Below are positions 1 to 11,300 of a stretch of 31,171 bases of DNA, piece by piece. This DNA is from a virus (Duplodnaviria; Caudoviricetes). Position 1 is the stretch's first letter; each line of letters starts with the position of its first letter. The notes under the pieces were generated by a model, which searched no databases, was not told the DNA's origin, and saw only the letters and a program-made list of their open reading frames with translations. The position numbers and the translations under genes are program-made. Where the stretch lies: IMG/VR virus record IMGVR_UViG_3300044448_004553, positions 1 to 31,171 of that record. The stretch is one strand, 5' to 3'.

Positions 1-1
1 G

Positions 2-358
2 GATATTACATTTGTAGAACCTTCTGTTAGAAAAGTCATTAGTTCTATTTATATTACATATAAGTCAAATGGCGCTACTAATGTTGATATAGATGCAATT
101 ATTAAAAAAATTGGCGATGATGAAGAAACTGTTAATCACTTAGGTGGTTCTAGTGGGTATTCTTTACCTGATTCAAATAATTTCTGGAGAACAGAAAGAA
201 TTACTACTTATTATACAGGTTCTGCAGAAGCAAGTTTAAGAACAAAATTTAAAAATATAACAAGTATATCTTTAATATTTAAAGCAGCTGGGACAGTTCC
301 AAGTACATTTATAATAGACGATATTAGTTTTAGTTATAGAGAAAAGGGTATTAGATGA
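2..358 (+). CDS. C-terminal fragment of a podovirus tail nozzle/stabilization-like protein (5' truncated)
   Basis: Frame 2 is open from the window edge to TGA 356-358 (DITFVEPSVRKVISSIYITYK...FIIDDISFSYREKGIR). The beta-rich C-terminus resembles P22 gp10/T7 gp12-like proteins. ATGA overlap with the next gene. Confidence 0.6.
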   Translation, partial: DITFVEPSVRKVISSIYITYKSNGATNVDIDAIIKKIGDDEETVNHLGGSSGYSLPDSNNFWRTERITTYYTGSAEASLRTKFKNITSISLIFKAAGTVPSTFIIDDISFSYREKGIR

Positions 359-1398
359 GTTGGTTAGAAGAGCAATTTACAGAGGCAGATGCAGCCCAAA
401 ATAAAATAAAGGGTGTAGAAAGGAAAATAGCTAATAGATGGCATGATGAGTTTCCAAATGATGATGAGGGATCTGAAGGAGAAACACGTTATATATATTC
501 TAATGGCGTGCCTGCAATGGCTGTTAAAATGAACGGAGGATGGCATTTTCAAACATTGCAAACAATGGGTAAAGGCGGTGCATACAGAAGTGATAATGGT
601 GGCCTAAGTGCTGATATGTTGCAAAGCTTTATGCCTAATGATCCTGCTTATGATAGCCAGTGGAGGCAACTAGTACCAATACCAGAAGGTGATTTAATAG
701 GTTATTCACCTGGTGATGTAGTGACTGATCCAGGTACTATAGCAAATCAAGGAGCTGCAATGTTAAGCACTGGCCCAAGATGGGAATGTGTATACCCTGG
801 TTTTTTTCTATGCACTCATAATCTAGGCTTATCAAGGCCGCCTAAAATGATGAGTGCTTATATTTGTGACTCCGCTCCTTCAGAGGCAACATCTGTTGAT
901 ACTGCAGGACATAAAAATTGTTTAGTTGATCCTTATCCAGATTTACAAGATGCTATAAATGATGGATGTCGATCTATTGTAAATCAGCTTGTGGCAGGAA
1001 CTAGTTTTACTAGTTCTACAGACGCGGGAACTTGGCTTTATAGTGACGAATTGGGAAATCATACTGGAGGTATTGTTGATCATGGTGTTGTATTCTATAA
1101 TGGAGAATTTCTTACATCATGGCCTATATATGGTTTCACATTAGCTGAAGGATTGCAAAATAGAAGTATATTATGTACAGTTATGAGTTCTTCTTCTACC
1201 ACGCCTACTCTAGGAGGTTTGAATATGGGTCCTGGCGTGAGTAATGCAGGCGAGGTAGTCGCAACTATTATTGGTCCAAATCATATATTATTTTATCCTA
1301 GATGGGCTATATCCCCAGGTAGTCAGTATGCTAATGATGTTGATAATTATATGGGATTTATGAATCAAGAATGGCTGAGGTTATATATATGGAGATAA
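355..1398 (+). CDS. putative tail-associated virion protein, 347 aa
   Basis: Coupled to the upstream tail gene by ATGA overlap; Gly/Pro/Ser/Thr-rich; no family recognised. Confidence 0.5.
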   Translation: MSWLEEQFTEADAAQNKIKGVERKIANRWHDEFPNDDEGSEGETRYIYSNGVPAMAVKMNGGWHFQTLQTMGKGGAYRSDNGGLSADMLQSFMPNDPAYDSQWRQLVPIPEGDLIGYSPGDVVTDPGTIANQGAAMLSTGPRWECVYPGFFLCTHNLGLSRPPKMMSAYICDSAPSEATSVDTAGHKNCLVDPYPDLQDAINDGCRSIVNQLVAGTSFTSSTDAGTWLYSDELGNHTGGIVDHGVVFYNGEFLTSWPIYGFTLAEGLQNRSILCTVMSSSSTTPTLGGLNMGPGVSNAGEVVATIIGPNHILFYPRWAISPGSQYANDVDNYMGFMNQEWLRLYIWR

Positions 1399-1422
1399 AA
1401 TTTAAAATGAAAGGAAGTAAAA

Positions 1423-2211
1423 ATGGCAAGAGGTAGAGCGGCATTTCTTAAACGAGCTTCACAAGCTGATGAAGCTTTGGAAATGCAAAAACAAGCACAG
1501 AAAACAGGACTTTATGGTTCAATAGGAGGTTTATTAGGTTCTCTTATTTTAACTCCCTTTTTAGGACCAGGAGCTAGTTTATTAGCTAAGAGTCTTACTA
1601 GTGGTATAGGTAGCACATTAGGACAAATGGCAGGTCAAAAAGCTGCTGGTGGTGTTGATGAAGGCGGTTTATGGTATAAAGGTCAAAAAGAAAAGTTGAA
1701 TCAAAATATGCTTGATCAAGCAATTACAGGAGGTATGACAACTGCATTAACAGCAGGTGTCACTCCTTGGCTGAAAGGTGGGATGGAAGGTGGATTTAAA
1801 GGACTTGCACAAGGAAAAGATGTTGTAGATAAAACTACAGGAGAAGTTTTAAGAAAAGGATCATTTTTTGATTTTCAAAAACCTGGTTGGTTTAATAAAG
1901 CTAAGGATGTAGCTGCAGATAAAGTAGCGGATACAGCTTCCGCAGCTTCGGCAGCTCCAGTTCTCCCTAATGAAAGTATTGATGTAATTGGAGGAGAAAG
2001 TGTGGAAGTACTTGGTCCTGTTTCTCCTGGAGAAGGCGCAGTTGGTCCTACTGATACAGGAGGATATACAGGTCCTTCAGAAGTTGGTGGAGGAAGAACT
2101 GATGCAGGGGGATTTATTGGAGATGCTTTAAAAGGACAAGCTATAAATTATGGAACTAATTTATTAATGGATGCTTGGAAAAAAGATGACAAAGAATCAT
2201 ATTTTGGTTAG
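1423..2211 (+). CDS. putative DNA pilot/ejection (internal virion) protein, 262 aa
   Basis: Gly/Ala-rich hydrophobic helices (GLYGSIGGLLGSLILTPFLG; AITGGMTTALTAG), no Cys, located between the tail genes and the giant internal proteins. Confidence 0.55.
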   Translation: MARGRAAFLKRASQADEALEMQKQAQKTGLYGSIGGLLGSLILTPFLGPGASLLAKSLTSGIGSTLGQMAGQKAAGGVDEGGLWYKGQKEKLNQNMLDQAITGGMTTALTAGVTPWLKGGMEGGFKGLAQGKDVVDKTTGEVLRKGSFFDFQKPGWFNKAKDVAADKVADTASAASAAPVLPNESIDVIGGESVEVLGPVSPGEGAVGPTDTGGYTGPSEVGGGRTDAGGFIGDALKGQAINYGTNLLMDAWKKDDKESYFG

Positions 2212-2223
2212 AAAGGGAAAATT

Positions 2224-3195
2224 ATGCCATATGAAATAGACGATGATTTATTACAAGATATAGAGAGTGGAGCTGCAGATGCTTGGCAACAACATGGAAG
2301 CGGTTCAACTATAGACACAGAAGCTTTAAGTAATGAGGAATTAGCTTATTTATCTACAAATCCCGAATATTTATCTGCTATAATGGGTGATTTGGGTATA
2401 GATAATCCTGATGATTATACTCAATTTATTAGTGCTTACGATCCATGGAAAGAAGATATAGCAGGGAAAAAATGGACTTTAGGGAAAGATAAGTTAATGT
2501 CTGATACTAGAAAGGGGTTATTAGATGCACTTGGTGATCCTTTGCAAACAACAACATATGCAGCTAAATCAGGATTTGAAGGTATGGGTCAAGATCAAGG
2601 CGGATATCTTAAAACTTTACAAGATATCGATGTTCAAGGGGCTGAAAATAGGTTTAGGCAGGACTTGCAAGGGACAACACTAGCAAGAGATGAAGCTATA
2701 GAAGGAGCTCGTCAAGATTATTCTGATATGCTTTATCGTGATATAGGAGATATATATGCTCAGCAAGAACAAGCAAAAGCATGTTTTAGAGCTGGTACAA
2801 AAATTGAGACTCCTAATGGTAAAAAGAATATTGAAGATATTATAGCTGGAGATACTGTAAAAGCTTATGATGAAAAAAAGAAAAAATTTGTTTATAAAAA
2901 AGTATATGAAACACATATACATTTAAACAATAAAGATGGATTAGTAATAAATGGAGAATGCAAAACAACAGATAATCATCCATTTTATACTATTGATGGA
3001 GAATGGCTTTCAGCAGGTGAGTTAAAAATTGGTCATAAAATATTAGATAAAAATGGAAGCTTTAAAGAAATAAAAGTTATTGAAAAAGATAATAAGCCTT
3101 ACACTGTATATAATTTTGAAGTAAGAAATGTTCATACATATCTTGCAGACGGATATTTAGTTCACAATGGAGGTGGAGGTAAAGGCGGTAAATAA
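2224..3195 (+). CDS. acidic virion-module protein with C-terminal Hint (BIL-like) domain and GGGGKGGK tail, 323 aa
   Basis: Hint motifs: C187-FRAGTKI (block A), TTDNHPF (block B TxxH), VYNFEV..HTYLADG.LVHN315 (blocks F/G). The C+1 residue is Gly. Confidence 0.85.
   Translation: MPYEIDDDLLQDIESGAADAWQQHGSGSTIDTEALSNEELAYLSTNPEYLSAIMGDLGIDNPDDYTQFISAYDPWKEDIAGKKWTLGKDKLMSDTRKGLLDALGDPLQTTTYAAKSGFEGMGQDQGGYLKTLQDIDVQGAENRFRQDLQGTTLARDEAIEGARQDYSDMLYRDIGDIYAQQEQAKACFRAGTKIETPNGKKNIEDIIAGDTVKAYDEKKKKFVYKKVYETHIHLNNKDGLVINGECKTTDNHPFYTIDGEWLSAGELKIGHKILDKNGSFKEIKVIEKDNKPYTVYNFEVRNVHTYLADGYLVHNGGGGKGGK
2782..3168 (+). other. Hint domain, 129 aa, without endonuclease
   Basis: Runs from the Cys codon TGT at 2782 to His-Asn at 3163-3168; Lys-rich and AT-rich compared with the acidic N-terminal part. 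Confidence 0.88.
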
Positions 3196-3228
3196 ATATA
3201 ATTAGTGTGGTAACTAATAGGAGGCATT

Positions 3229-3816
3229 ATGATAAAATGTAAAAATGTTTTTTTAAAAACTTTAGAAAGAGAAGATTTACCTGATATTTATAAAATTATA
3301 TTGCAAGAAGATATGGGCAATGCTTTTTCTACAACATATCAGGAATTAACTTTAAGCAGTTTGGGGCCATATCTTCTCAGTGCTTGTCAAGGTACAACAA
3401 CGAAAGCCTTTACAGTGAGAAGGCATAGTAAAATCATAGGCTTTATATCATTAAAAGATATATGCCCTATAAAAAGAAGTGCAGAAATAGGAGAATTAGC
3501 AATAATTAAAAAGTATCAAAAACCTCATAAAGATGCAATTTTTAAAGCTTCATTTGCTTATGAAGTTGCAGGTACTATAGCAATATATGCTTTTGAGGTT
3601 CTAAATTTGCACAAATTATACGCTTATACTTTTGGGAATAATCCAGCTGTTGATAATATATATAAAGCAGGCAATTGGGTTATTGAAGGAAAATCAAGAG
3701 ATTATGTTTGTCGTAATGGAAAATGGATAGACCAAATATCTTGGGGTTTATTAAAAAAAGAATATGATGAATGTATTAATTATACAAAATTGAAAGAATT
3801 TATAAATTGGAAATAG
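3229..3816 (+). CDS. GNAT N-acetyltransferase, RimJ/RimL-like
   Basis: LKTLEREDL at the N-terminus; IIGFISL...SAEIG; YAFEVLNLHKLYA..FGNNPA..IYKAGNWVIEG..RDYV..NGKW.D...GLLK, all typical of the RimJ/RimL subfamily. GGAGG RBS. Confidence 0.88.
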   Translation: MIKCKNVFLKTLEREDLPDIYKIILQEDMGNAFSTTYQELTLSSLGPYLLSACQGTTTKAFTVRRHSKIIGFISLKDICPIKRSAEIGELAIIKKYQKPHKDAIFKASFAYEVAGTIAIYAFEVLNLHKLYAYTFGNNPAVDNIYKAGNWVIEGKSRDYVCRNGKWIDQISWGLLKKEYDECINYTKLKEFINWK

Positions 3817-3830
3817 AAAGAGAGAATTAA

Positions 3831-5372
3831 ATGGCTAACACTAACGTTATTATACAACAATCACCATTGGCAGATTTTTTAAATAAAGTGCCTGAGTTAA
3901 TATTTGAAGCTAAAACTTATGGGGATGAATTAAAATGGAAAGAAGAACAAAAAGAATTAGATAGAAAGCATGAATCAGATATGCAGCAATTAGCTTTTAA
4001 TCAAGGTTTAATAAGAGATATGTATGATACAAATCAAGAATTACAAAATTCTTTATCTGAGTTAGGGATAGTTGCTGTACAAGGAGAAAACTTAGCGGAT
4101 GAACAAAAAACACCAGGTTTTGAAAATTTAACAGGTTTAATTACTGGAAATGTTTCAAGTGATTTAGAGTCAGTAAATAAAGGCATAAATTATTTACAAT
4201 CTGAAAATAGTCAAATTAGAAGAAGTATTAGTTCTTATAATATGGGTAAAGGTTTATTTAATAGATTAGATATAAATGATGATGGTACTATAGATGCAGA
4301 AGAAAAAGCTAAATATGCAGAAGATTATGCAGGCTTAGATATAGATTACGATGCTTTCTCTCAAGGTATTTATGCATCTGAATTATCTCCTGAGAAGAAA
4401 GCTGCTATAGATTTAAGTAGAGAGGAATTACTATTAGCTAAAATACAAAATGAATATTTACCTGATAAATTAAAGAATGAGATAACATTACAAGGTAAAG
4501 AGATAGATATTAAAGGCATGGATCTAGCATTAAAAAATCAACAATTAAGTAATATGGAAGCTGACTATCAATTAGCTTTACAAAATATAGCTTTAACTGA
4601 GTTAAATATGGAAAAAATTGAATCAGATATATCTCTTGCTGAAAGCACTTTTGACTTAGCTCATTCAGACTCAGTGAAAAAATCTCTAGTTGAGCAAGAA
4701 GCAAGAGATAAAATTAATGCAAATGCAGTAGCAATGGGAATACTATCAGATACTTTTTTCTATAGAAAAGGAACTGTAACTTCCTTATTTGACCTAGTAG
4801 TTGCAGGTGAAGCGGATTTTATGACTGACAAAATGGAGATTTGGGCTGGAGAATATAATGATATTTATCAAGAATATGAAGCTTTCCTTGGACAAAATGG
4901 AAGTATAGAAGGTGATATGTTAGCAATATATAATGCTATTAGTATGGGATATAATAAAGAAGACGGATCATTTACAATGGTGCAACCATTTTTAGAAAGT
5001 ATGGATGAAATATATAATGAAATAGAAAATATAGAAAGTGGTAATCCTCTTTTGATGAAAAATAAAATGCATGAAGGTAATTATATAAGTGACTTTGATA
5101 TTATAAAAAGTAGTTTTGAATTAGAGCATGGTAGAAGTGTTTATGATCATCCTGAAGCTTTTATACAAAAAATTAAGAAAGAAATGCCTGAATTATCTGA
5201 AGCACAATTAATAGAAATTGGAAGATATATGCAGTTTCAATATTCAGGATTTGATATGGAAACTTTAGGTGAAAACAGAAGATTATTAGATAGTATACGA
5301 GCAACTAATGACCAATTAAGTAGAATTACTAATATACAATTAGAAGCTTATGATTTAGGAGAAACTAGATAA
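3831..5372 (+). CDS. putative internal virion/ejection protein with one EF-hand loop and a coiled coil, 513 aa
   Basis: Acidic, helical, no Cys. EF-hand loop DINDDGTIDAEE at aa 147-158; heptad-like region at about aa 190-290. Confidence 0.6.
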   Translation: MANTNVIIQQSPLADFLNKVPELIFEAKTYGDELKWKEEQKELDRKHESDMQQLAFNQGLIRDMYDTNQELQNSLSELGIVAVQGENLADEQKTPGFENLTGLITGNVSSDLESVNKGINYLQSENSQIRRSISSYNMGKGLFNRLDINDDGTIDAEEKAKYAEDYAGLDIDYDAFSQGIYASELSPEKKAAIDLSREELLLAKIQNEYLPDKLKNEITLQGKEIDIKGMDLALKNQQLSNMEADYQLALQNIALTELNMEKIESDISLAESTFDLAHSDSVKKSLVEQEARDKINANAVAMGILSDTFFYRKGTVTSLFDLVVAGEADFMTDKMEIWAGEYNDIYQEYEAFLGQNGSIEGDMLAIYNAISMGYNKEDGSFTMVQPFLESMDEIYNEIENIESGNPLLMKNKMHEGNYISDFDIIKSSFELEHGRSVYDHPEAFIQKIKKEMPELSEAQLIEIGRYMQFQYSGFDMETLGENRRLLDSIRATNDQLSRITNIQLEAYDLGETR

Positions 5373-5380
5373 GGAAAAAA

Positions 5381-8300
5381 ATGGCTAACGGTATATCATA
5401 TTACGAAATTAATCAAAAATATAGAGAAGAATGGAATAAGGGAAATAAAATTAGTTATGATCAGGCTCGTGATCTAATTAAACAAGACAGACTTGCTGCT
5501 ACTCAACCAGCTGCTATACAACCTACATCAGGAGAGCCTGAAGATCCTTTTACGTTAGGATTGACTACTTCTTTAAAATATCCTGGAGCAAGTTTAGAGC
5601 CTGGCTCTTCAGATGAAATCTTTCCTGAAGGCAAATATCATGATGCCAAGCCCGATGCATTGGGAGATTCTTTAATGGATGTTATAGGTGGAGCTCTTTG
5701 GGGTTTTGGTAAGGTTGGTACATTTGGAGCTACTGATTATTTAACCAGGAAAGCATTTGGAGATGAAGCTGTTGATGAAGTATTAGCAGATTGGCAAGAT
5801 AGTAAAGCTGGGAGAATTGCCTTAATGTTAGGTGAAGCTGGGGGTTTCTTAAGAGGAATAGGTCTTGTAAAAGGTGGTATGGCTAAAACTGCTAACATAG
5901 GTGCTTTAGGAAATACTACTAGAGGCTTACAAAGAAAAGCTGCTAAAAAATTAACTGAAGATATAAATCAAAATTTACTAAAAAATGTTAATAAAACAGG
6001 AGTAGATATAAAAGATGTAAATAGATTTATAATCAATAGTACAGATGATTTAGTTGGTTTTGGTAATAAATCAGGACTTGCTAGTCGATCTAAAGGTACT
6101 TGGGATTTTTTAAATCCATTTTCTCACTCTGTAAAACCTTATATGAACATGAGAAAGGGCAGTTCTTATATAGGGCAAGTGACAGGTCAGATGAGAGGTT
6201 CTATGCCTGGTAAATTAACTTCTTATTTAGGCAGTAAGGGAATTGCTGCTTCAACTGATGACATTGTAAGATTGTCTGATGATATAATTAATCAAGTAAC
6301 AAAAACACCTATAAACAATTTAGATGATATGATAGTTAATCGATGGGGCGGTAAATTCAGCCAAATTGCAGGTGGAGTTGCTCAAGAAGCCTTTGATATA
6401 GCAATGGTAGGTACTTTAATAGATGCTCATATGTATGCTAATGGAGAATTAGAGCCTGAGCCAGGGCAATCATATGCTGGATTATTTGCAAAGCAATTTT
6501 TGCATCATGCCTTAACAGGTGCAGCATTTGGAGGTATAAGAGTTATTCCTGGTGGAGCTTCAATGCCTATATATAAAAAAGTAGGCATGGCTTTAGATTT
6601 AAAAAATACAAATCAAGTTTTAAGTAAATTTGGTGGAAATATAAAGGGATTTAATAAGCATATAAGTAAAGTAACAGATCCAAAAGGTATGAGAGCTGTT
6701 CTCGAAACAACATTTAATCAAAATAGAAATTTTGTTATTTCACTACCTAATGGTCAAAAACTATTTCATGGATCAACAGCTTTAAAAAGTATCAAACCAG
6801 GCGATTTACCTACAATAAAAAAGGCTATAATTGGTCAAAATCAAAAATGGTTAAAGGAATTAAGAGGTGGATTAACAGCTAAAAATCCATTTAAAAATGA
6901 AATTGTTAAAGATTTATTTTTTAGTTCTCCTAGATGGCTAGGAGGAGCTGCTGTTATGAATTATGCAGCTTTAAATCAAGGTGTATTTGATTCAATGGAT
7001 CCTGATGAAGCAGGGGCTCATTTCTTATTGAGTACATGGATGTCAAAAAGAGGTAAACCATTAAGAGGAAAAGGTGTAGAAGGTAAAAAACCTGCATTTG
7101 ATTGGTCTAGTGGAGAAAGACCTTATTTTTACAATGAAGAATTAGTAGAAATGCATAAAAACATGGAGCATTTAGGGTATAATATGACTCATGTAAAAGA
7201 TCTTGTTAAAGGATATGAAAGAGGAATATATGATACTTATATTAATAAGCATATAGAAAGCAATGGAGATATTACAGAGGTAATAAAGGCTTTAGAAAGA
7301 AATAATATTATTTATAATAGAGAAGAGTATTTAAGTAAACATAATAATGAAGATTTAAGAGCATCTGGAAATGGTGATGTTATTACTTCTGAATTAAGTA
7401 AGCTAATAACTCCTGTTTCTGGTGTAATAAAAGCAAGAGGATATGATTTTAATCCTAATATGTTAAAAAAGAATATGGATTTAGCTATTAAAGATATCCA
7501 TCAATTAAAGTCAACTGTTTTATCAACAACCGATAATCCTATATCATTAAATAGTACAGAAAGAATTAAACAAAGTATTTTAAAATCTACTGAAAGTCAA
7601 TGGAATCAAATAGAATTAGATTTATTTAATAACTTTAAAGATATGGCAACTTTATTAACTGGTAATCCAAATTTTATTGATAAATCTGGAAGAATGTTAA
7701 ATAGAATTACTTTTGCTCCTGATAATATTGAATTAACGCAAAAACAAGCAAGAGCTGTAAGGCAATTTTTTGGATTACAACAAGAATTAGAACAATCAGG
7801 TTTAATTACTATTAGAGAAAAAAATCAAGGTAAACAATTTGGAACTAATGTTCAGGAACCATTTGAAAAAAATATTGAAGCTCTTGCAAATATACATGAT
7901 AATTTTTCTAGTTATCTAGGAAGAGAAGTTTATGGACAAAATTCTAATGAAAGAGTTGATCTTACAAGTCCAGAATTATGGCATTTCATAGGTCATAATG
8001 TATTTAATAAAAATGTTCGTGTTAATTATGATATATTGTTTAATAATAGAGAATCTTTACCTAAAGATGTAAATGATGCAACAGTAGATGACCTTACTAG
8101 TTTAATAGATAGAATGGTATCTCCTGATAAAAGTAATAAATCTGCCATAGTTAATGATGTTAGAAATTTAATAATGAATGAAAGTGGAGAGACTTATAAA
8201 CGATTAATTAATGAAGGTAATTTAGGGGAAATACATGATTTAACTAGTATGATGCATAATCTTTACAGTATTATGAAAACAGGAAAATCTCCTCAGGGCG

Positions 8301-11300
8301 GTAAAGCTCAATACTCCGTATCAGAAGCCATAGAATTAAAGGGTAAATTAATTGAATTAGGTATGCCCGATCCCTCAAGAAATAATGGCGAAGATTTTAG
8401 AATATGGACTGAAAAAATGCGTAATCATGGTATTAATGAGGCTATTGGAGGCTTAGATGTAAGTCCTGAAGTTTCTTATTCTATAAATAGATTAATGGAA
8501 GGTGGTTTAGTAGCAGTAAATAAAGGCAATCAAAGCTTAGGCGGAAGACTTGAAATGGCTAGAGAGATAAAAGCTGTAGATATAGAGCGCTTAAATCCTG
8601 ATATGTCTAGCAAAGAAATAGATCGAATGATAAAAGTATATGATGATATTGTAACTTCTATACCTAATAAAGCAGTAGCGAAAACAGACCGTATTGATAA
8701 ATTATTTTTAACAAATGAACAACTTGCAACATTAGAAGCTGTAGCAAAAACTATTAATATGAATAAACATATTAGTGATTCTAAAGATTTGCATGTTCCA
8801 GTTCAAGAGATAATTATGAATCTTCAAGAAGAAAGACAATTACTTGAATCTTCTATAAAAGATACACAAGGAATGGAAAAAACTGTTATAGATAGAATAA
8901 AGGCAAAAATAAAATTAGCATCACAGCAAGAAACGCTGCTAACAGATTGGGATAAAATGTATTGGGAAAATGTTATGGGAACTAGAGGAGATATAACTCG
9001 TTCTGCAGCATTTTATCATCATGTTAAAAATACAAAAATAGATGGTAAAACTATTTCTGAGTTATTTTTAGAAATGAATCAATCTAGAGAGAAACTAGAT
9101 ATGAAAACTTTTGATACTATTAGTGAAACTATTGATTTATTACAGCAAGAAATAGCTCAAAGATGGAGAAATAGACCAGAAGTATTTACTGATATTGAAA
9201 TACAAAGAGAAGAATCTCTTATCAGACACCAAGCCGAAGAACTTATGGGTAAATTAAATTCTGACAATAAAAATACTATAAGTCCTGATAACTTTTTTGT
9301 AGAATATGCAAAAACTGGTGAAGCTCCAATGATGGAAAAAGTTGTAAATCAAATTGTAGCTCAAGGAGGAAAAAGAAAAACCTATGAAAATGCCACAGAG
9401 GCTTTATATGATTTATACGAAATATCAAATACAGGTATTAAAAATACCAATTTTAGAGATGCTATATATGAAATCTCTGGATTAAAACAAGGCGATATAC
9501 CTAGTAATAAACTTAAAAATGATACACAAAGATTATTCAATTTATTTGAAAGACAATTTTCAGTTAATAAGATAACGTTAAATCTTGCTGGAGATAATAA
9601 ATCTTTAGATTATTCAGGTACTTTTGATAAAGGCACTATAAGTCATAGTAGATTTACAGATGTATTTACAGAAATATTTAAAACAGCTGACTTAAATTTA
9701 TTATCAGATCAAGTACTATTAAATAATAAGATAACTACATTAAGGGGTGAATCTACAGGAGATGTTGGTTTATTTGAAAAATTAGTAAATACATTAGCTC
9801 AAGATAGACTTATAATAACACAAAAAGCTGGAGCCACAAAAAATCAAAAATTAGCAAGAACAGGCACAGAAGTAGAGCCAAGTGGTGATAATTTCCTTAC
9901 TTTTGATATGACTAAGCAGGGTACAAAAGGTAAGCAGTATCTAATAGGAGTAGATGAAAATATAAATTTCTTAATGCCCCATACTGAGTTCCATTCTCTG
10001 GCAAAATCATTTAAAAAATGGTATGAAGTTCAAAAAAATGATCCCTATGTTTTAAATGCTATAAATAAGCATAGAGGAGCAGCTCAATTATTTGAAAGAT
10101 TAGGAGAATATTACAAATATATTGAAGGTTCATTACAGGATCGTAAATATAGTATTGATTTATTTAAAGTTCAATCAAAAAAAGTCCCTTCAAATAGATT
10201 GTTAACTAAAGCTTTACATGAAATGTTTAATGTAATGTATGGCGAAAGAATTGATGGAGATTGGTTGCAAAGTGCTTATGATGCAAATATGAGCCATAAA
10301 GACTTTAAATATAGGAGATTAGGGTCAAACCAAGGATATGCAAGAAATACTGATAAAAGACGTGATTTTACGCTTCAATTATGGGGAGGAGATAAATCAT
10401 ATATTGGAGATGTTGTTAGAAAATATTCTCCAATGTCTTTTTATAATAATTTAGTTATAAATGATGCTGGGACAATATCTGAAAAAGGTCAAGTTTCTAG
10501 TGATTATATTACTGATAATAGAACTGTAGCTGAAAGATCTATAAACGAACAATACAATAATAATAAGATTACAAAAGAGCAAAGAGATGGGATGTTAAGC
10601 AGATTATTTAATTCTCATTCTCTAAATGCTGAAGCAAATAATGGTGCTACTGTAGTAAGAAGAGAAAGATTAGATTTTATATTAATTAATGAAGGGAATT
10701 CTCAATTAATAGGTGAATCAGCAGGGCATAAACCTGTCGGAACTTCTAGTTTTAAGGATGCAAATGGAAATATACATGTCTTCTATAATAAAACACATTA
10801 TTTTTATGATAAAAAATTCGATACATTTTTTGCTAATAATCCTAATATTGAGCAAATTACACTTACCAGTGGAGCTAAAAAAGCTAAAATAATAAAAACT
10901 ACAGATCCAAATTTAATAAATAATTTATTAGCTATTACGCCTCCTAAAACATCAGAAGCTACTAATATAGTAGATTGGCTAAATAATAAAAATAATTTCA
11001 ATAATATGGATTTCATAGATGGTAAAAATGGTGTTGCAAGAATAGATGCAAATCAAGATCTTATTGGAACTGTATATGGTGAGGCTAAAGGCGCTAAAGT
11101 ATTAAAGCAACTAAGTAATTGGTCTGAATATCAAAAGGAAATATTTATATATGGTAGAGCAGATGCAATTAAGAATTTTAATACTGTTCGTTATAATTTA
11201 TATGATCCTAGTAGGCCGCACGAAGCTGGCGCTTGGGCAAGAGAGTACTTAAATGAAAAAACTAATAAAGGTAATGCTCATAATCCTGAAAATGAAAATA

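Noticed and set aside
2782-3168. Canonical splicing intein or mobile element
   Set aside because: C+1 is Gly rather than Cys/Ser/Thr, there is no homing endonuclease, and the C-terminal flank is only 8 aa.
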